DNA of 64,000 bases from Porphyridium purpureum (Eukaryota), in NCBI GenBank assembly GCA_008690995.1, contig VRMN01000002.1, positions 1,550,001-1,614,000 of the forward strand, in the 5' to 3' direction. The notes beneath the pieces are model-generated. The model was not told the DNA's origin and did not search any database. It saw only the letters and a program-made list of their open reading frames with translations. A program made the translations under genes and the position numbers. Shown one piece after another: positions 12,266 to 22,842 of this stretch. Positions within the stretch are counted from its first letter, which is position 1; each line of letters begins with the position of its first letter.

Positions 12266-12484
12266 TCAAGTCCAGAAGCGCAAAGACGTTGCGCAGACAC
12301 CAAACCTGGCATCGGCTTATTCCTCGCACAATCCGGACTGAGACGATGTACAGCGCTGAACTTAACTGTACCTCCACGCTCGCTTCGAACCTTCATTTTG
12401 AAAATTTGAAATCGGGTGACGGGCGCGGTGAGTCGCTTGACCAGCGGGCGCACGCGGGAAGTTGAAGGCGGCGCTCGCGACTGC

Positions 12485-12507
12485 GTGTGTGTGTGTGTGT
12501 GTGTGTG
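12485..12507. repeat. (GT)n microsatellite
   Basis: Seen directly, in the kinesin 5' region. Confidence 0.9.
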
Positions 12508-12567
12508 GGCGTGTGTGAATGTGCACAGACCCACTGGAGGGGTCTGTCTGCCCCGTCGCGGAGGAAA

Positions 12568-15500
12568 ATGGCAAAGCGGATGGGCAAGAATGATGCCACT
12601 GAGGAGCTGGTGTCTGTCCGCGTGGCGGCGAATGTGCGTCCACTGGTGGATAAGGAACTCGCGTCTGGGGCAAAAGATGTCATGCAGGTGGACGTCCGAG
12701 CGAAGCAGATTCAGTTGCTAAATCACGGCGACTTTGCCTTTGATGAGGTTTACGCGCCGTCGCATGAGCCGGCTCGCGCAAAGGAGGAAGCGGAGCGACT
12801 ATACCAGCAACTAGTTTTACCGCTAGTCGACGGACTTTTCGAGGGATACAACGCATCGGTATTGGCGTATGGTCAGACCGGATCGGGCAAGACGCACACC
12901 ATGGGCACGTCATATAGTCCCGGGCAGGCGGTGCGAGGCGTGGTGCCAAACGTACTGCAAGATATTTTCGCGCGTTCCGCGAAAATTCAGCGCGAGGGGA
13001 ATCAAGTCTCGCTGCGTTGCTCCTACGTTGAAATTCATAATGAAGAAATCCACGACTTGCTGGCACCAGACGGACCAGCCAACACGGCGAACCAAGCGGG
13101 GGCGACACTGCGTAAGAGAAGCACAATCTCGATCCGGGACAGTGCCGGAGGAAATGGCTCGGTTGAGCTCATTGGCGCCACGGAGGTTTGTGTCTCATCC
13201 TTGCAAGACTGCGTTGCTTGCCTGGAGCAAGGGTCGCTGTGTCGAACCACAGCCGCAACCGGCATGAACGCTCATTCCAGTCGCTCGCATGCCATTTTTT
13301 CCATAACGCTTGAGCAAAAGGTAAGCGATCGCAGCAATATCCACGAGCAACAAAAGTTTCTGGCAGCAAAAATGCACCTGGTCGATTTAGCGGGCAGCGA
13401 GCGTGCGAAAAGAACGCAAGCGGAAGGTCAGCGGTTAAAAGAAGGCATCCAAATCAATAAGGGGCTGAGCGTGCTTGGCAAAGTCATCAGCATTCTTTGC
13501 GAGGCCTCTGAAAACAATGGACATAATACTCCGAATAATGTGACTTCTGGTAGCGGACTTTCTCACGTTCATGTTCCGTACAGGGAAAGCAAGCTGACCC
13601 GCCTGCTTCAGGACTCGCTCGGTGGCAATTCGCGGACCGTGATGATTGCGTGCATCAGCCCCGCAAGTTCCAATCTGGAAGAGTCTTTGAGCACTCTTCG
13701 TTACGCGTCCAAGGCGCGCAACATCAAGAACCGTCCGAGCCAAAATCAAGATGAAGCCGGCTGCTCTTTACAGCAGCTCAAGCGACAGCTCGCGGAAGTG
13801 CGGGCAGAAAATCTGCGTCTGCGCGAGTCGGCGCGCTTGGCCGCGCGGAATGATGAGCCGGGAGGAGAACTCAGCGAAGGCACTAGCAGCTCACGACTTG
13901 TCACTCGGAACAGCCTACACGAGCTTGCGCTTCCGAAGTTTTCTGCAACATGTACGTGCGGGGCAGGAAGTGGCGGGAGCCGAACAAATTCGAGTCGCGA
14001 TTCGTTTGCGCTGAAAGAGGCAGCATTGTTGGTGGAGCAAGAGCGATTGACGGACGAGCTTAATGCAGCGCTGGCAGACGAGAAGCTCGCCATTGAGAAT
14101 TTGAAAGCCGTCCAGATCGAGCGGGATGCGCTTCGCAAGAAACTGCATTCACTAATGAATCAGAAGCGGACCGCACGCGAACAAGAAACAAAAGATCGAA
14201 GCTTGGTGCTTGCATCGTCTGTAAAGCGATCCGGTCGGCGCGGTGGTGCTGTCGGATCGACCATTCGCAGACAGGGCAAGGAAAATATACCTGCTGACTT
14301 TGATGAGTATGATACAGTCCAGGAAAATCTGCCGACACCACTGAAGTTGCGCTTCGGAGACGGAGATATTGATGACCTGGGTGGTCAAGGAAGCCATGAC
14401 TCCGTCAGACCGTACGACTTTCTGTGCAGTGGAGATGCGGACGCCAGCGAGTCATCAGACAATGAGACCATGCATGCACTGGAAGCACAAAGGGAGGCAC
14501 TTGAGTTGCAGCTGGCTGAGGCGACGTCGCAGATGAACCAGGTGGGCACTGAGAGTCAGCGTATTCATGCGATGCACGTGGACCATGTCAAACAGCAGGC
14601 CAAGCTGAAGGCCCAGTGCCAGCGACTCGAGAACGAGCGCGCGCGCTTGGTGCATGACATTGCACAGCTTCGAGACGTGTCGAAAAAGGAAGCAGAGATG
14701 AAAAAACAATACCAGGACCGGCTGAAGGAGCTGGAAAAGACGCTTGCGGAGATTCGTCGGAAGGCACAGAAACAGGAGCAGGTGCAGAAGTTGCTGGAAC
14801 GGTCCGAATCGGCAAAGAATATGTTGCAGCTGGACATTGTGGGAATCAAGAAGCGACTTGTGGATGTGCGCCGCCATCTGGAGGCCGAGCAGAAGAAAAG
14901 CAATGCGATTCACCGGGCGCAAGAACGTGAAATCAATCAATTAAAACGCCAGGGCCTGAAGGATGCGGCGAAAATGCAGCAGCTTGAAACCCTGCAGGAG
15001 CGCCAGCGTCAGGTAGTGCGGCGCAAGACGGAAGAAGCGGAAATTGCTCGCAAACAGCTTGTAGCTCAGCAAGCTCGGATCGTGCAGAATGCAGCCCGAA
15101 ACACCGACCGCTCGTCAACACGGCAGATGTTGGCTTCCGCAGCAGATCTGAAGACCGAGCCGATGCGGCGCGAGTGGATTGAGACTGAGATTTGCCGCGT
15201 TTTTGAGGTGCTTGAAATTCGGGAAGAGCTTTCGTGTGAGGGCGAATCCAAAATGCAATGCATGGAGCGTTTGGGTGAGCTAAATCGTGCTCGAAAGGCG
15301 AAAGATAGAGAGTCACCCGGTATAGAACGCGAGATTGATGCAGTTCAGAGGCAAATCCACGCACACGTCAGAAGGATGCAAACGCTGGAGAAGAAAGAGC
15401 GCACGCTTGGGTACAGAGACGAGGCAGAAGAAGACGCACGTCGCTGGGCAGGAATCAAGTACGTTGTGGAAGCACGTGCAATGCTGAGGTCATTGTTCAA

Positions 15501-16104
15501 AGCGGCTGTGAGTGAAAGAGTCAAGGCGCACTCTGGAGCCGCAGCCGAGAAGATCTGTTCGTCTCCAGATGGAAATTACCCGAAGAATGTGGCGAAGGCA
15601 TCGCGCACGAAGCAACCGGAGGCTGGCGCTGGGGACTTGGACGAGCTCTCCGAAGCCGGATCCTCGACATTTGGCGCTGACGATGCAAATCGCACTTTGC
15701 ATATTCGCGCACCACCAGCGACGCCTCACGCAAGAAGCGCGACGGCAGACGTCTCTGACTTGCTTCTGCAGCTTGCGGCCTGTAAAAACTCGCCACTCGG
15801 TGACAGTGAAAGCGACGCCAATTTGTGCGTGCAGGATGCATCCGTGACGCCGTATCATCGCAAAAATGCGGACGCGTCGTCATCTGCCTCCTGGGCAAAG
15901 ATGATGATAGCGGGCGGTGATCAGAATTCCAAGGAGCCGCAAATTCGGGCCGAAAGGCGGAGCAATTTTCGTGGGAGTCGAGACGATGAGGCAGGTGTGG
16001 GCGACGGCCTCGACTCTGACAGCGACGATGATCCCAATATGGACGATCCCAATGATCCCACTTGGGACGCCAAGTTGCTAGGGCCACGGGCCCGCGTGCA
16101 CTAG
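12568..16104 (+). CDS. Kinesin-4 family (chromokinesin-like) motor
   Basis: AYGQTGSGKT, SSRSHAIF, LVDLAGSER, HVPYRESKLTRLLQDSLGGNSRT; long coiled-coil stalk with kinesin-4-like RRKTEEA. Confidence 0.93.
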   Translation: MAKRMGKNDATEELVSVRVAANVRPLVDKELASGAKDVMQVDVRAKQIQLLNHGDFAFDEVYAPSHEPARAKEEAERLYQQLVLPLVDGLFEGYNASVLAYGQTGSGKTHTMGTSYSPGQAVRGVVPNVLQDIFARSAKIQREGNQVSLRCSYVEIHNEEIHDLLAPDGPANTANQAGATLRKRSTISIRDSAGGNGSVELIGATEVCVSSLQDCVACLEQGSLCRTTAATGMNAHSSRSHAIFSITLEQKVSDRSNIHEQQKFLAAKMHLVDLAGSERAKRTQAEGQRLKEGIQINKGLSVLGKVISILCEASENNGHNTPNNVTSGSGLSHVHVPYRESKLTRLLQDSLGGNSRTVMIACISPASSNLEESLSTLRYASKARNIKNRPSQNQDEAGCSLQQLKRQLAEVRAENLRLRESARLAARNDEPGGELSEGTSSSRLVTRNSLHELALPKFSATCTCGAGSGGSRTNSSRDSFALKEAALLVEQERLTDELNAALADEKLAIENLKAVQIERDALRKKLHSLMNQKRTAREQETKDRSLVLASSVKRSGRRGGAVGSTIRRQGKENIPADFDEYDTVQENLPTPLKLRFGDGDIDDLGGQGSHDSVRPYDFLCSGDADASESSDNETMHALEAQREALELQLAEATSQMNQVGTESQRIHAMHVDHVKQQAKLKAQCQRLENERARLVHDIAQLRDVSKKEAEMKKQYQDRLKELEKTLAEIRRKAQKQEQVQKLLERSESAKNMLQLDIVGIKKRLVDVRRHLEAEQKKSNAIHRAQEREINQLKRQGLKDAAKMQQLETLQERQRQVVRRKTEEAEIARKQLVAQQARIVQNAARNTDRSSTRQMLASAADLKTEPMRREWIETEICRVFEVLEIREELSCEGESKMQCMERLGELNRARKAKDRESPGIEREIDAVQRQIHAHVRRMQTLEKKERTLGYRDEAEEDARRWAGIKYVVEARAMLRSLFKAAVSERVKAHSGAAAEKICSSPDGNYPKNVAKASRTKQPEAGAGDLDELSEAGSSTFGADDANRTLHIRAPPATPHARSATADVSDLLLQLAACKNSPLGDSESDANLCVQDASVTPYHRKNADASSSASWAKMMIAGGDQNSKEPQIRAERRSNFRGSRDDEAGVGDGLDSDSDDDPNMDDPNDPTWDAKLLGPRARVH

Positions 16105-16212
16105 GAATAGACATTGCAAATTTGGGGAGGCAACATCTGACGGGGAGGAAAGAAAAAAATTAAATAAAAAGAAAAATAGACAGCGTTGTACTTTCAGCAC
16201 GAACAAGAAATA

Positions 16213-18609
16213 TTATTTAGCACTCGCGGCAGCCTTTTTCAGCTTGAAATACGCCACAAGCTCCTTGTACCGCGCAGAGCATTCATCGGGGGTCTTCCCC
16301 GAAACCTCCGACGCAATCTTTGCCCACCGCTCCTCACCGAGACTGGCAGGATGCCTCTTCATCGCAAGTTCAAGTTGATCCTGCTGCTTCTTTGAAAAGT
16401 TCATGCTGTTCGGAGGAGCATTCGGTACCACAGCCGCTGCAGTCGCTGCTGCCGATTTTATGCTCCCGCCAACCCCGTTTGTCTCTCCCGAGACTTGCTT
16501 CTTTGCCGTGGAACCGGCCGCGGACTCGGTCGCCGTCGCACCAGGAGTCATACCAACTGATGATTTTGGCCCATCGACACTCTTTCCTGCTTTGAGGGCA
16601 GCCGTCGGCTTTGTCTTCGAAGCCGCCTCTCGAATGTGTGCCGTACGCTCTTGGACTTCCTTCGGAGTCTTCGTACCAATAAAGTCGGCCACCTTGTCCC
16701 ATCGCTCACGAGTGCCAGCTGGATACTTCGTCAGCCCCTTGGAAAGCAGAGACAGTTCGTCTTCAGTCCACCTGGAAATACGAGATGAGTCCTGTTTCTT
16801 CTCCTTCCCATCGCTACCTGATGTCTCCTTGGCGTGATTCTTGTGATGTTCGTGTGATCCGTTCTGATTCAAAGACGCGTCATATTTCTCCAAGCACAGC
16901 AGCACCGACGACGCCCACTTGCTGCCATCGGCGCTCGCTTTCTCCATATTTTCTGCGCATTCCTCGAGCTGCTCGGGCGAAAGGCCCAAGCACACGCGGT
17001 CGAGCATCATTCTCAAGTGTTCTTCATCTCTGTGAGCGTTTCCAATGGCTATATCTGTCTCATGCTGAATGGCAACCCCAACGGCGTCACGCACGCGGGC
17101 GCGAAGCTGCTTGATAACCTTCTTTTGCTTGTCGCGCTCTTGCTTCGCTATAGCTGCCTGTTGACGTTCCACCTGAGCGCGTTCCTCAGCCTCGTGCTCC
17201 TTTCGCTCCTTTTCAAACCGCGACGCGGCCTGCCGGTCCTCCCGCTCTTTGCGCTTGCGCTCTTTCTCTTGCTCACGCTTGAGCCGCTCGGCCTCTTTCC
17301 GACCCGCAATTCTCGGATCGTTATTGTACGCAAGTTCTACCAGCGCACGGATTCGTGCATTTTCCTCCACTTTGCGCGCTTTTGACTTTTTCGCGTTCTG
17401 TCGTTCCATCCAGCGCTTTTCGTCGCGAGATTCTGCCTGGTCAGGGTCAAACTCGAGGTCCAATGAAAATTCGCGCCACGAATCGAAGGCAAACCAAAAT
17501 GAGTAGAAGGCGTCCACCTCCTCCATAGACGAGTCCTTATCGCCGAGCTTGGGCACCCTGTTCGTCGTCGACCATCGCGCATTCAGCTCAAACGTTTGGC
17601 CTAGCTTGTCATAAAATGCCTCCTCACTGGCGGTCACGTCCTTCTCGGATGGGATTGAGTCATCGAATTCGTCCACCGAGTCATAAGCAGCTCGCTTGCG
17701 CTTATCACTTAGCTGCTCGTACGCATGGCGCACGTGCTTAAAATGCTCTTCTGCGTGCCGTGTTGCTTCTTCTCCCAATCCTCCAACCTTGTCCGGATGG
17801 TACTTCATACTTTCTTGCCGAAACGCACGTCGAATATCATCCTCGGAGGCGCGCCATCGCACGTCGGCGAGGCCGAGGAGATCGTAGTAGTCTTCTTTGT
17901 TCCTTGATGACAAGCGCTTCAGGGACCACAAATCGATTGCCGCTGCAGGTGTGGCCCCACTATCATTGGGCGTCCGCGGGGTCGCAGAGCCGCTCTCTGC
18001 ATCGTCATCTAGGAGTCCATTCAGCGCGCCCGACTGGAGGCGTACAGCGGCCCTTTCGGCAGACCTTAGACTCTTGAGTCTTTTGACGTCAGTGCTTTGT
18101 TCTTCTTCCGCCTGACTTGCCTGCTGGTTCAACTGCTCCACCAATTGTTCGAGCATGAGCTGCTCTTCTGACGGGTCCCACATGATTCCCAGTCTAGCCA
18201 TACTCTCATCGAGCTTGATCCATTCATGCTCTTTCACTTCGGAAATCCTCCTCGCGATGTGCTCCACGTGCGTATGAGCCAGCGCGGCCGGCAGAACATC
18301 ATCTGATGCAGCACGGGTGTCAGGACAGCTGCTGGCCATGGAGACCAGGATGTGGCGCATGGACGGGGGCCGCCACGCGCCGCAGCGCACAGCCAGCTGT
18401 TTCTGGTACGCGCGTCCCGCATGCTCCACGTGCCTGCGGCGCGGCGCGGCCGCCGGGCTCACGACCTCGGCGCGGCCATTAGCGACCCACTCCTTGCCTC
18501 GCGCGTCAAGCTCGTCCCGCATCCACGCGTCCACGTCGCACAGCCGCGGCACGGCCGCGCCTGCGGTCGACGCTGCCAGCATCTCGACGCTGCGTCCGCC
18601 ACTCCCCAT
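16213..18609 (-). CDS. DNAJC2: Zuotin-related J-domain chaperone with SANT/Myb domains
   Basis: DYYDLLG...YHPDK J-domain, FYSFWFAFDSWREF and EKRWMERQN zuotin region, two C-terminal SANT repeats. Confidence 0.95.
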   Translation of the reverse strand: MGSGGRSVEMLAASTAGAAVPRLCDVDAWMRDELDARGKEWVANGRAEVVSPAAAPRRRHVEHAGRAYQKQLAVRCGAWRPPSMRHILVSMASSCPDTRAASDDVLPAALAHTHVEHIARRISEVKEHEWIKLDESMARLGIMWDPSEEQLMLEQLVEQLNQQASQAEEEQSTDVKRLKSLRSAERAAVRLQSGALNGLLDDDAESGSATPRTPNDSGATPAAAIDLWSLKRLSSRNKEDYYDLLGLADVRWRASEDDIRRAFRQESMKYHPDKVGGLGEEATRHAEEHFKHVRHAYEQLSDKRKRAAYDSVDEFDDSIPSEKDVTASEEAFYDKLGQTFELNARWSTTNRVPKLGDKDSSMEEVDAFYSFWFAFDSWREFSLDLEFDPDQAESRDEKRWMERQNAKKSKARKVEENARIRALVELAYNNDPRIAGRKEAERLKREQEKERKRKEREDRQAASRFEKERKEHEAEERAQVERQQAAIAKQERDKQKKVIKQLRARVRDAVGVAIQHETDIAIGNAHRDEEHLRMMLDRVCLGLSPEQLEECAENMEKASADGSKWASSVLLCLEKYDASLNQNGSHEHHKNHAKETSGSDGKEKKQDSSRISRWTEDELSLLSKGLTKYPAGTRERWDKVADFIGTKTPKEVQERTAHIREAASKTKPTAALKAGKSVDGPKSSVGMTPGATATESAAGSTAKKQVSGETNGVGGSIKSAAATAAAVVPNAPPNSMNFSKKQQDQLELAMKRHPASLGEERWAKIASEVSGKTPDECSARYKELVAYFKLKKAAASAK

Positions 18610-18705
18610 GCTTCCTTTAGTTTCTGTGCTGCTGTGACACACAGAGCAAGCGCGCGCTCCCCTTGTGTTCCTGTCTCTGCGTGAGCCTGTGTGACCGTGT
18701 GACTC

Positions 18706-18734
18706 TGTGTGTATGTGTGTGTGTGTGTGTGTGT
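18706..18734. repeat. (GT)n microsatellite
   Basis: Seen directly, in the DNAJC2 5' region. Confidence 0.9.
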
Positions 18735-19452
18735 CTGTCTCTACCTCTGCCTCTCACTCCCTGCCTCCCCTCCTGCCGTCCGACTTTCATCAGCGGCGCG
18801 CCCATGCGCACCGCGCGCGTGCCGCGCAATTTTGCTCGCACGGCCGCCGGACTGGCACTGAACACACAGCCAACTGTACCTCTAACTGAACACCCGCGCG
18901 TGCCCGTGCGTGCGTTGTGGCGGGGAAACGCACAGTGGGCGCGGACACCTCCAACATTCGTATGCCTCGTGCGAACGGTGCGGCAGAATCCAGCGTGTTT
19001 ATTTTCTCTTTCTCCATGGATATGTCGCGCCGCTCATCTCGCGGCGAGGTGCGTTTTGCACAGCACTGCCATCTTACTCGCAAGAAAGCGCATGTCCACT
19101 CAGGCACACACACACACATGCACACAAACACAAACAGCGATGTGGATGACAGCCTCTCACATCCTAGTTCACGCACACTTGTCGCGAAAATCGACAGCGC
19201 AGTGTGAATGAAGGCAGCCGCGCACATCCAAACCATTTCGCAAAAAGATCAGAGGTCCCGCTGTCTGTGCGTAACCCTGGTGACTGCCAACCTGCTTACT
19301 CATTCCGTCAGTCCTACCCGCCAAAGCAAACAATAAGAATTAATCGTAGACCGACTCTGCTTCAAGTCGCTTGTATCCTCGGTCCAAACCCTCTAGTCAG
19401 ATGATAATAAAAAACAGAGACAAAGAAAACCTTGCCAGAGACGTGGACACCA

Positions 19453-22143
19453 CTAGGCCTCAACCGAAGGCGGCTTCCACTTGGGCGCATTGATAACAAA
19501 TTGTCGCATGCGCGGCTTTGAAAACTGCTTCTCAACCTTGCCCTCCTTGGCCGCCTCGGTCAACTTTCCGCGCTGTTCAGGTAAGGTATCAACGATGTAA
19601 AATTTGTTCGGGACGAGGTATGGCGGCAATGTCTTCTGAGCGTGGATACGAAGCCAGCCTGGTGATGCCCGCGCACCGCGCTGCGGCACAATCGCACAGT
19701 GCACGTTGGGCTGGCCAGGAATACCGTCCTCTCCGTAGTTGTGTTCGAAAGCCATGGCAGCTTTTACGCTAGGATGGTTCTTCATGGCGTTCTCCACATC
19801 CTCCAGATTGACGCGCATGTGCTTCTGCAGCTCATACTCGTTCGGAGTCCTACCAATCAGTTTCTCTTCCGTCAGCTTCATGTCAGGCGCAAGCGGCTGT
19901 TTCACCAGCTGGTGCGCAATCAAGGCTACGCGCTTCACCTCAATCTCGCATTGCTTGGCTGCCGCCGCCGCCTCACGCGCGCTCTTGATCGCTGCGTCTG
20001 GGTCCGCTGAGCTCTTCATGTCTGAGGTGACCTTTTGTGCACGCTGCGCGCTGACCGCACTCTGTTCGGCAGAGTCCTGCGCATTCATGACATGCGACTC
20101 AATCTCGTCCATGTGAACTTCCATCAGCACTGGAGTAGCCGCTGCGGTCCCGACCAGGTTGCGCGACATTGCAGCTTCCTTCTCCGCATCCAGCTTATCC
20201 TTTTCCAATTGCGCGATCTTCGCTGCCAACGCTTCTTGCTCCTTTTTGTGCTGCGACATCACTTGCTCCTCAAGCACACGCCCGCGCTCCTCAATTTCGT
20301 CCATGCGCTTTTTCACGAGTGCGAGCCAAGCGGCATCCATGCTCATGCTGGCGGCCTCCACATTCTTATACATCTCGTGCTGCTCGTCAAACTTTTTGCC
20401 CGCAGAGTCACGGAAAACATTTTGTTCTTCCGCGCTGGCAGTCACGCTTCGGCTCACATCGTCCTGCATATTCTGCTCGTCCCGCTGCAGCTGCTCCAGA
20501 GCAAGCATCATCGCACCGGCACGGCTCTCGCGGAACTGTCGCTCGCGCTCTTCCGCGGCCTTCCTTTCTTCTTCAGCACGAATCGCAGCCAGCCGCTTTT
20601 CCTCCTCCAGCTGTTCACGTTCGGCCTCCTCGCGCGCTGCTCGCTCTTCAGCCTCCCTGCGGCTACGCTCTTGCTCAGCTGCTGCCGCGGCAGCGGCGGC
20701 GGCGGCAGCAGCTGCAGCTGCGGCGGCCGCGGCGGCCGCCGCCGCCACCTTGCGTTCTGCGATCGCTGCGGCTTTCAGTTTGCGCTCTTCCTGCTGCACA
20801 ATGAGGTAGCCATCGTCGTCAATTTCGGCTTGATCACCGGTCAGCAGATACATCTCGCCGCCGATCATCATCAAGGACGCCTCGGTCTCCTCCGGATCGT
20901 TGTCGTAACCGCTCATGATCGCATTAGGGCCCCTGACAGCGATTTCTCCGCGGTGGTTCTTGCCCACGGGCTTCTCTGTGTTAAGGTCGACAATCACAAC
21001 CTCGTTGAAGTCCACCGCTTTACCCAGGCTGCCCAGTTTGTGCTCAAATTCGCGGTTCGCGGTGGCCAGACCGGAAACTTCTGGCGGACCGTACGACTCC
21101 AGCACAGGCGCCTTGAAGACCTTTTCCATATCCTTGAGCGTGCTCACGGGAATAAATCCTGGACACGAGCGAATGAAAGTCAGCGAGGAGGCTCCTGCAG
21201 GCGCCTTGCTCTTTGACGCCTCATAAACGGCCTTAATAGTCTCAGCCGGCATGGATGCCCAAGTGATCTTGTCGTCCTGCACCAGCTGCCAGAAATTGTC
21301 GGCGGTTACCACACCACCGTGGGGAATGACGACGGCATTTCCCGTGTACAATGATGAAACAAAGGTGAGCATGCCCTGAATCGACGCAATTGGCGACCCG
21401 AGAAGCGTGACCCCATCGACAGTGAGGCTGTACGTCTTCGAGAATTGCTTCACCGTCTCGCAAATGTTTGCCTGCGTCAAGGACAACGAAAGCAGCTTGT
21501 TCTGCACGGGAACCAACACGCGAATCGAAATCTCGCTCGGGTCCAACGTAAGGTCCTTGTTTCCGCCATGCCAAGCGGGTTTCGGGTCCGCGCGCTGCCC
21601 GTGATTTTCGAGGAGCACGCCCTGGTTGCGCGTCGAGTACACATGCCATCCTTTCACTCCAAGTTTATCGCAAGCTTCCTTGCACGCCGCATCCAACACA
21701 TAGTTCGGGTCGTCCGGTCCCTCGTCCTTGTCGACAATTGGTGACACGAGGATGATCGCCTCCGACTCCTTCAGCACGCGCTCCACAACAGAGGGGTCCG
21801 TCGGGTCAATCATGACCACACACGCGCCGGTCCACTGCATGGCCAGGAACGCAATACAACTTTCAAACGAGGTCGGTGCGGCGAGCGCGATTTTCATGCG
21901 CGGCTTCACGCCCAGCTCGCGCATCGTGTACGCAATCCCCTCCACCATCTTGTAGATTTCGATATGCGAGTAGAACTGCTTGCGCATGCGCGGGTTGGAC
22001 GGGTACACCGTCATGGCCAGCTTTGTCGAGTACGTCACCTTGGGCACATCTGTGAGCGTGTTCAGCCGCAGCAACTTCTCCCGCTCCTCTTGGCTCAGCT
22101 TTCCGTACACCGACCCCAGTCGGGTGATCGAGTCGATCGTCAT
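19453..22143 (-). CDS. Degenerate AMP-binding (acyl/oxalate-CoA ligase-like) protein with internal coiled-coil insertion
   Basis: FIRSC, VLESYGPPE, GEIAVRGPN, TGDQAEIDDDGYL and C-subdomain VENAMKNHPSV...PPYLVPNKF are recognisable; the P-loop is degenerate. Confidence 0.85.
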   Translation of the reverse strand: MTIDSITRLGSVYGKLSQEEREKLLRLNTLTDVPKVTYSTKLAMTVYPSNPRMRKQFYSHIEIYKMVEGIAYTMRELGVKPRMKIALAAPTSFESCIAFLAMQWTGACVVMIDPTDPSVVERVLKESEAIILVSPIVDKDEGPDDPNYVLDAACKEACDKLGVKGWHVYSTRNQGVLLENHGQRADPKPAWHGGNKDLTLDPSEISIRVLVPVQNKLLSLSLTQANICETVKQFSKTYSLTVDGVTLLGSPIASIQGMLTFVSSLYTGNAVVIPHGGVVTADNFWQLVQDDKITWASMPAETIKAVYEASKSKAPAGASSLTFIRSCPGFIPVSTLKDMEKVFKAPVLESYGPPEVSGLATANREFEHKLGSLGKAVDFNEVVIVDLNTEKPVGKNHRGEIAVRGPNAIMSGYDNDPEETEASLMMIGGEMYLLTGDQAEIDDDGYLIVQQEERKLKAAAIAERKVAAAAAAAAAAAAAAAAAAAAAAAEQERSRREAEERAAREEAEREQLEEEKRLAAIRAEEERKAAEERERQFRESRAGAMMLALEQLQRDEQNMQDDVSRSVTASAEEQNVFRDSAGKKFDEQHEMYKNVEAASMSMDAAWLALVKKRMDEIEERGRVLEEQVMSQHKKEQEALAAKIAQLEKDKLDAEKEAAMSRNLVGTAAATPVLMEVHMDEIESHVMNAQDSAEQSAVSAQRAQKVTSDMKSSADPDAAIKSAREAAAAAKQCEIEVKRVALIAHQLVKQPLAPDMKLTEEKLIGRTPNEYELQKHMRVNLEDVENAMKNHPSVKAAMAFEHNYGEDGIPGQPNVHCAIVPQRGARASPGWLRIHAQKTLPPYLVPNKFYIVDTLPEQRGKLTEAAKEGKVEKQFSKPRMRQFVINAPKWKPPSVEA

Positions 22144-22537
22144 GGTGCACTTCCCGGGAACACCCCTGTTCCAAACCCCACCAACCGCTCCCACCCAAAC
22201 CCCACTTCACCCCTCCCCCCTTCCCTCCCTCCTTCCCTCCCCACACGACCAACCTGACCCACCTACTCTCTTGTCCCTTTCCTCTTTCCCCCACTCAACT
22301 AATCCCGACACATCAGTGTCTTCTTCTACTAGCAACCCGAAACAGCAACTCACGGTGCGCTCATCTTCATATGAAAACAAGCCTGTTTTATCGGAAACCA
22401 GCACGAGACGCTTCCAAAAATACACGCGTTCGGTTGGTTGGCTGGTGTGGAGAAGAAGAAGAACACTTCAAAAGCAGCGCGCCTGAGCTGGACACAAAGG
22501 CGGGGAGAAAAAAACACAACGTTCGTTCGCGGGATGT

Positions 22538-22562
22538 TTAGGGTTGGTTAGGATTAGGGTTT
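22538..22562. promoter_or_regulatory. Telo-box-like elements (TTAGGGTT, TAGGGTTT) upstream of RPS27a
   Basis: TTAGGGTT at 22538-22545 and TAGGGTTT (reverse complement AAACCCTA) at 22555-22562, about 280 bp before the ribosomal-protein ATG. Confidence 0.45.
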
Positions 22563-22842
22563 GAGGTGCGGGTTAGATCAAGGGTTGATAGTTGTGGGTG
22601 TGGGTGTTCAGTGACGGCAGAAAGGGAACAACACATGGGGAGAAGTACAGTGCGGATAGTGTTCGGAGAGACCGACGGCGGCGTGGCGGGACTACTAAAA
22701 CGAGCGCGTTTGTGTAGGGTGAAGTTGGGACCGGGCATGTGCAGGTGGTGGGTTGATAGGTGGAGAGGAGAGGGTAGAGGAGGAGGGGGGGAAGGCCGAG
22801 TAAAGGAAGCGGGTGGAGCGGGAGTCGGGAGGCACAGGCACG

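Noticed and set aside
20035..21216. Long + strand ORFs (393, 216 and 211 aa)
   Set aside because: Antisense shadows of the GC-rich coiled-coil gene, with no motifs
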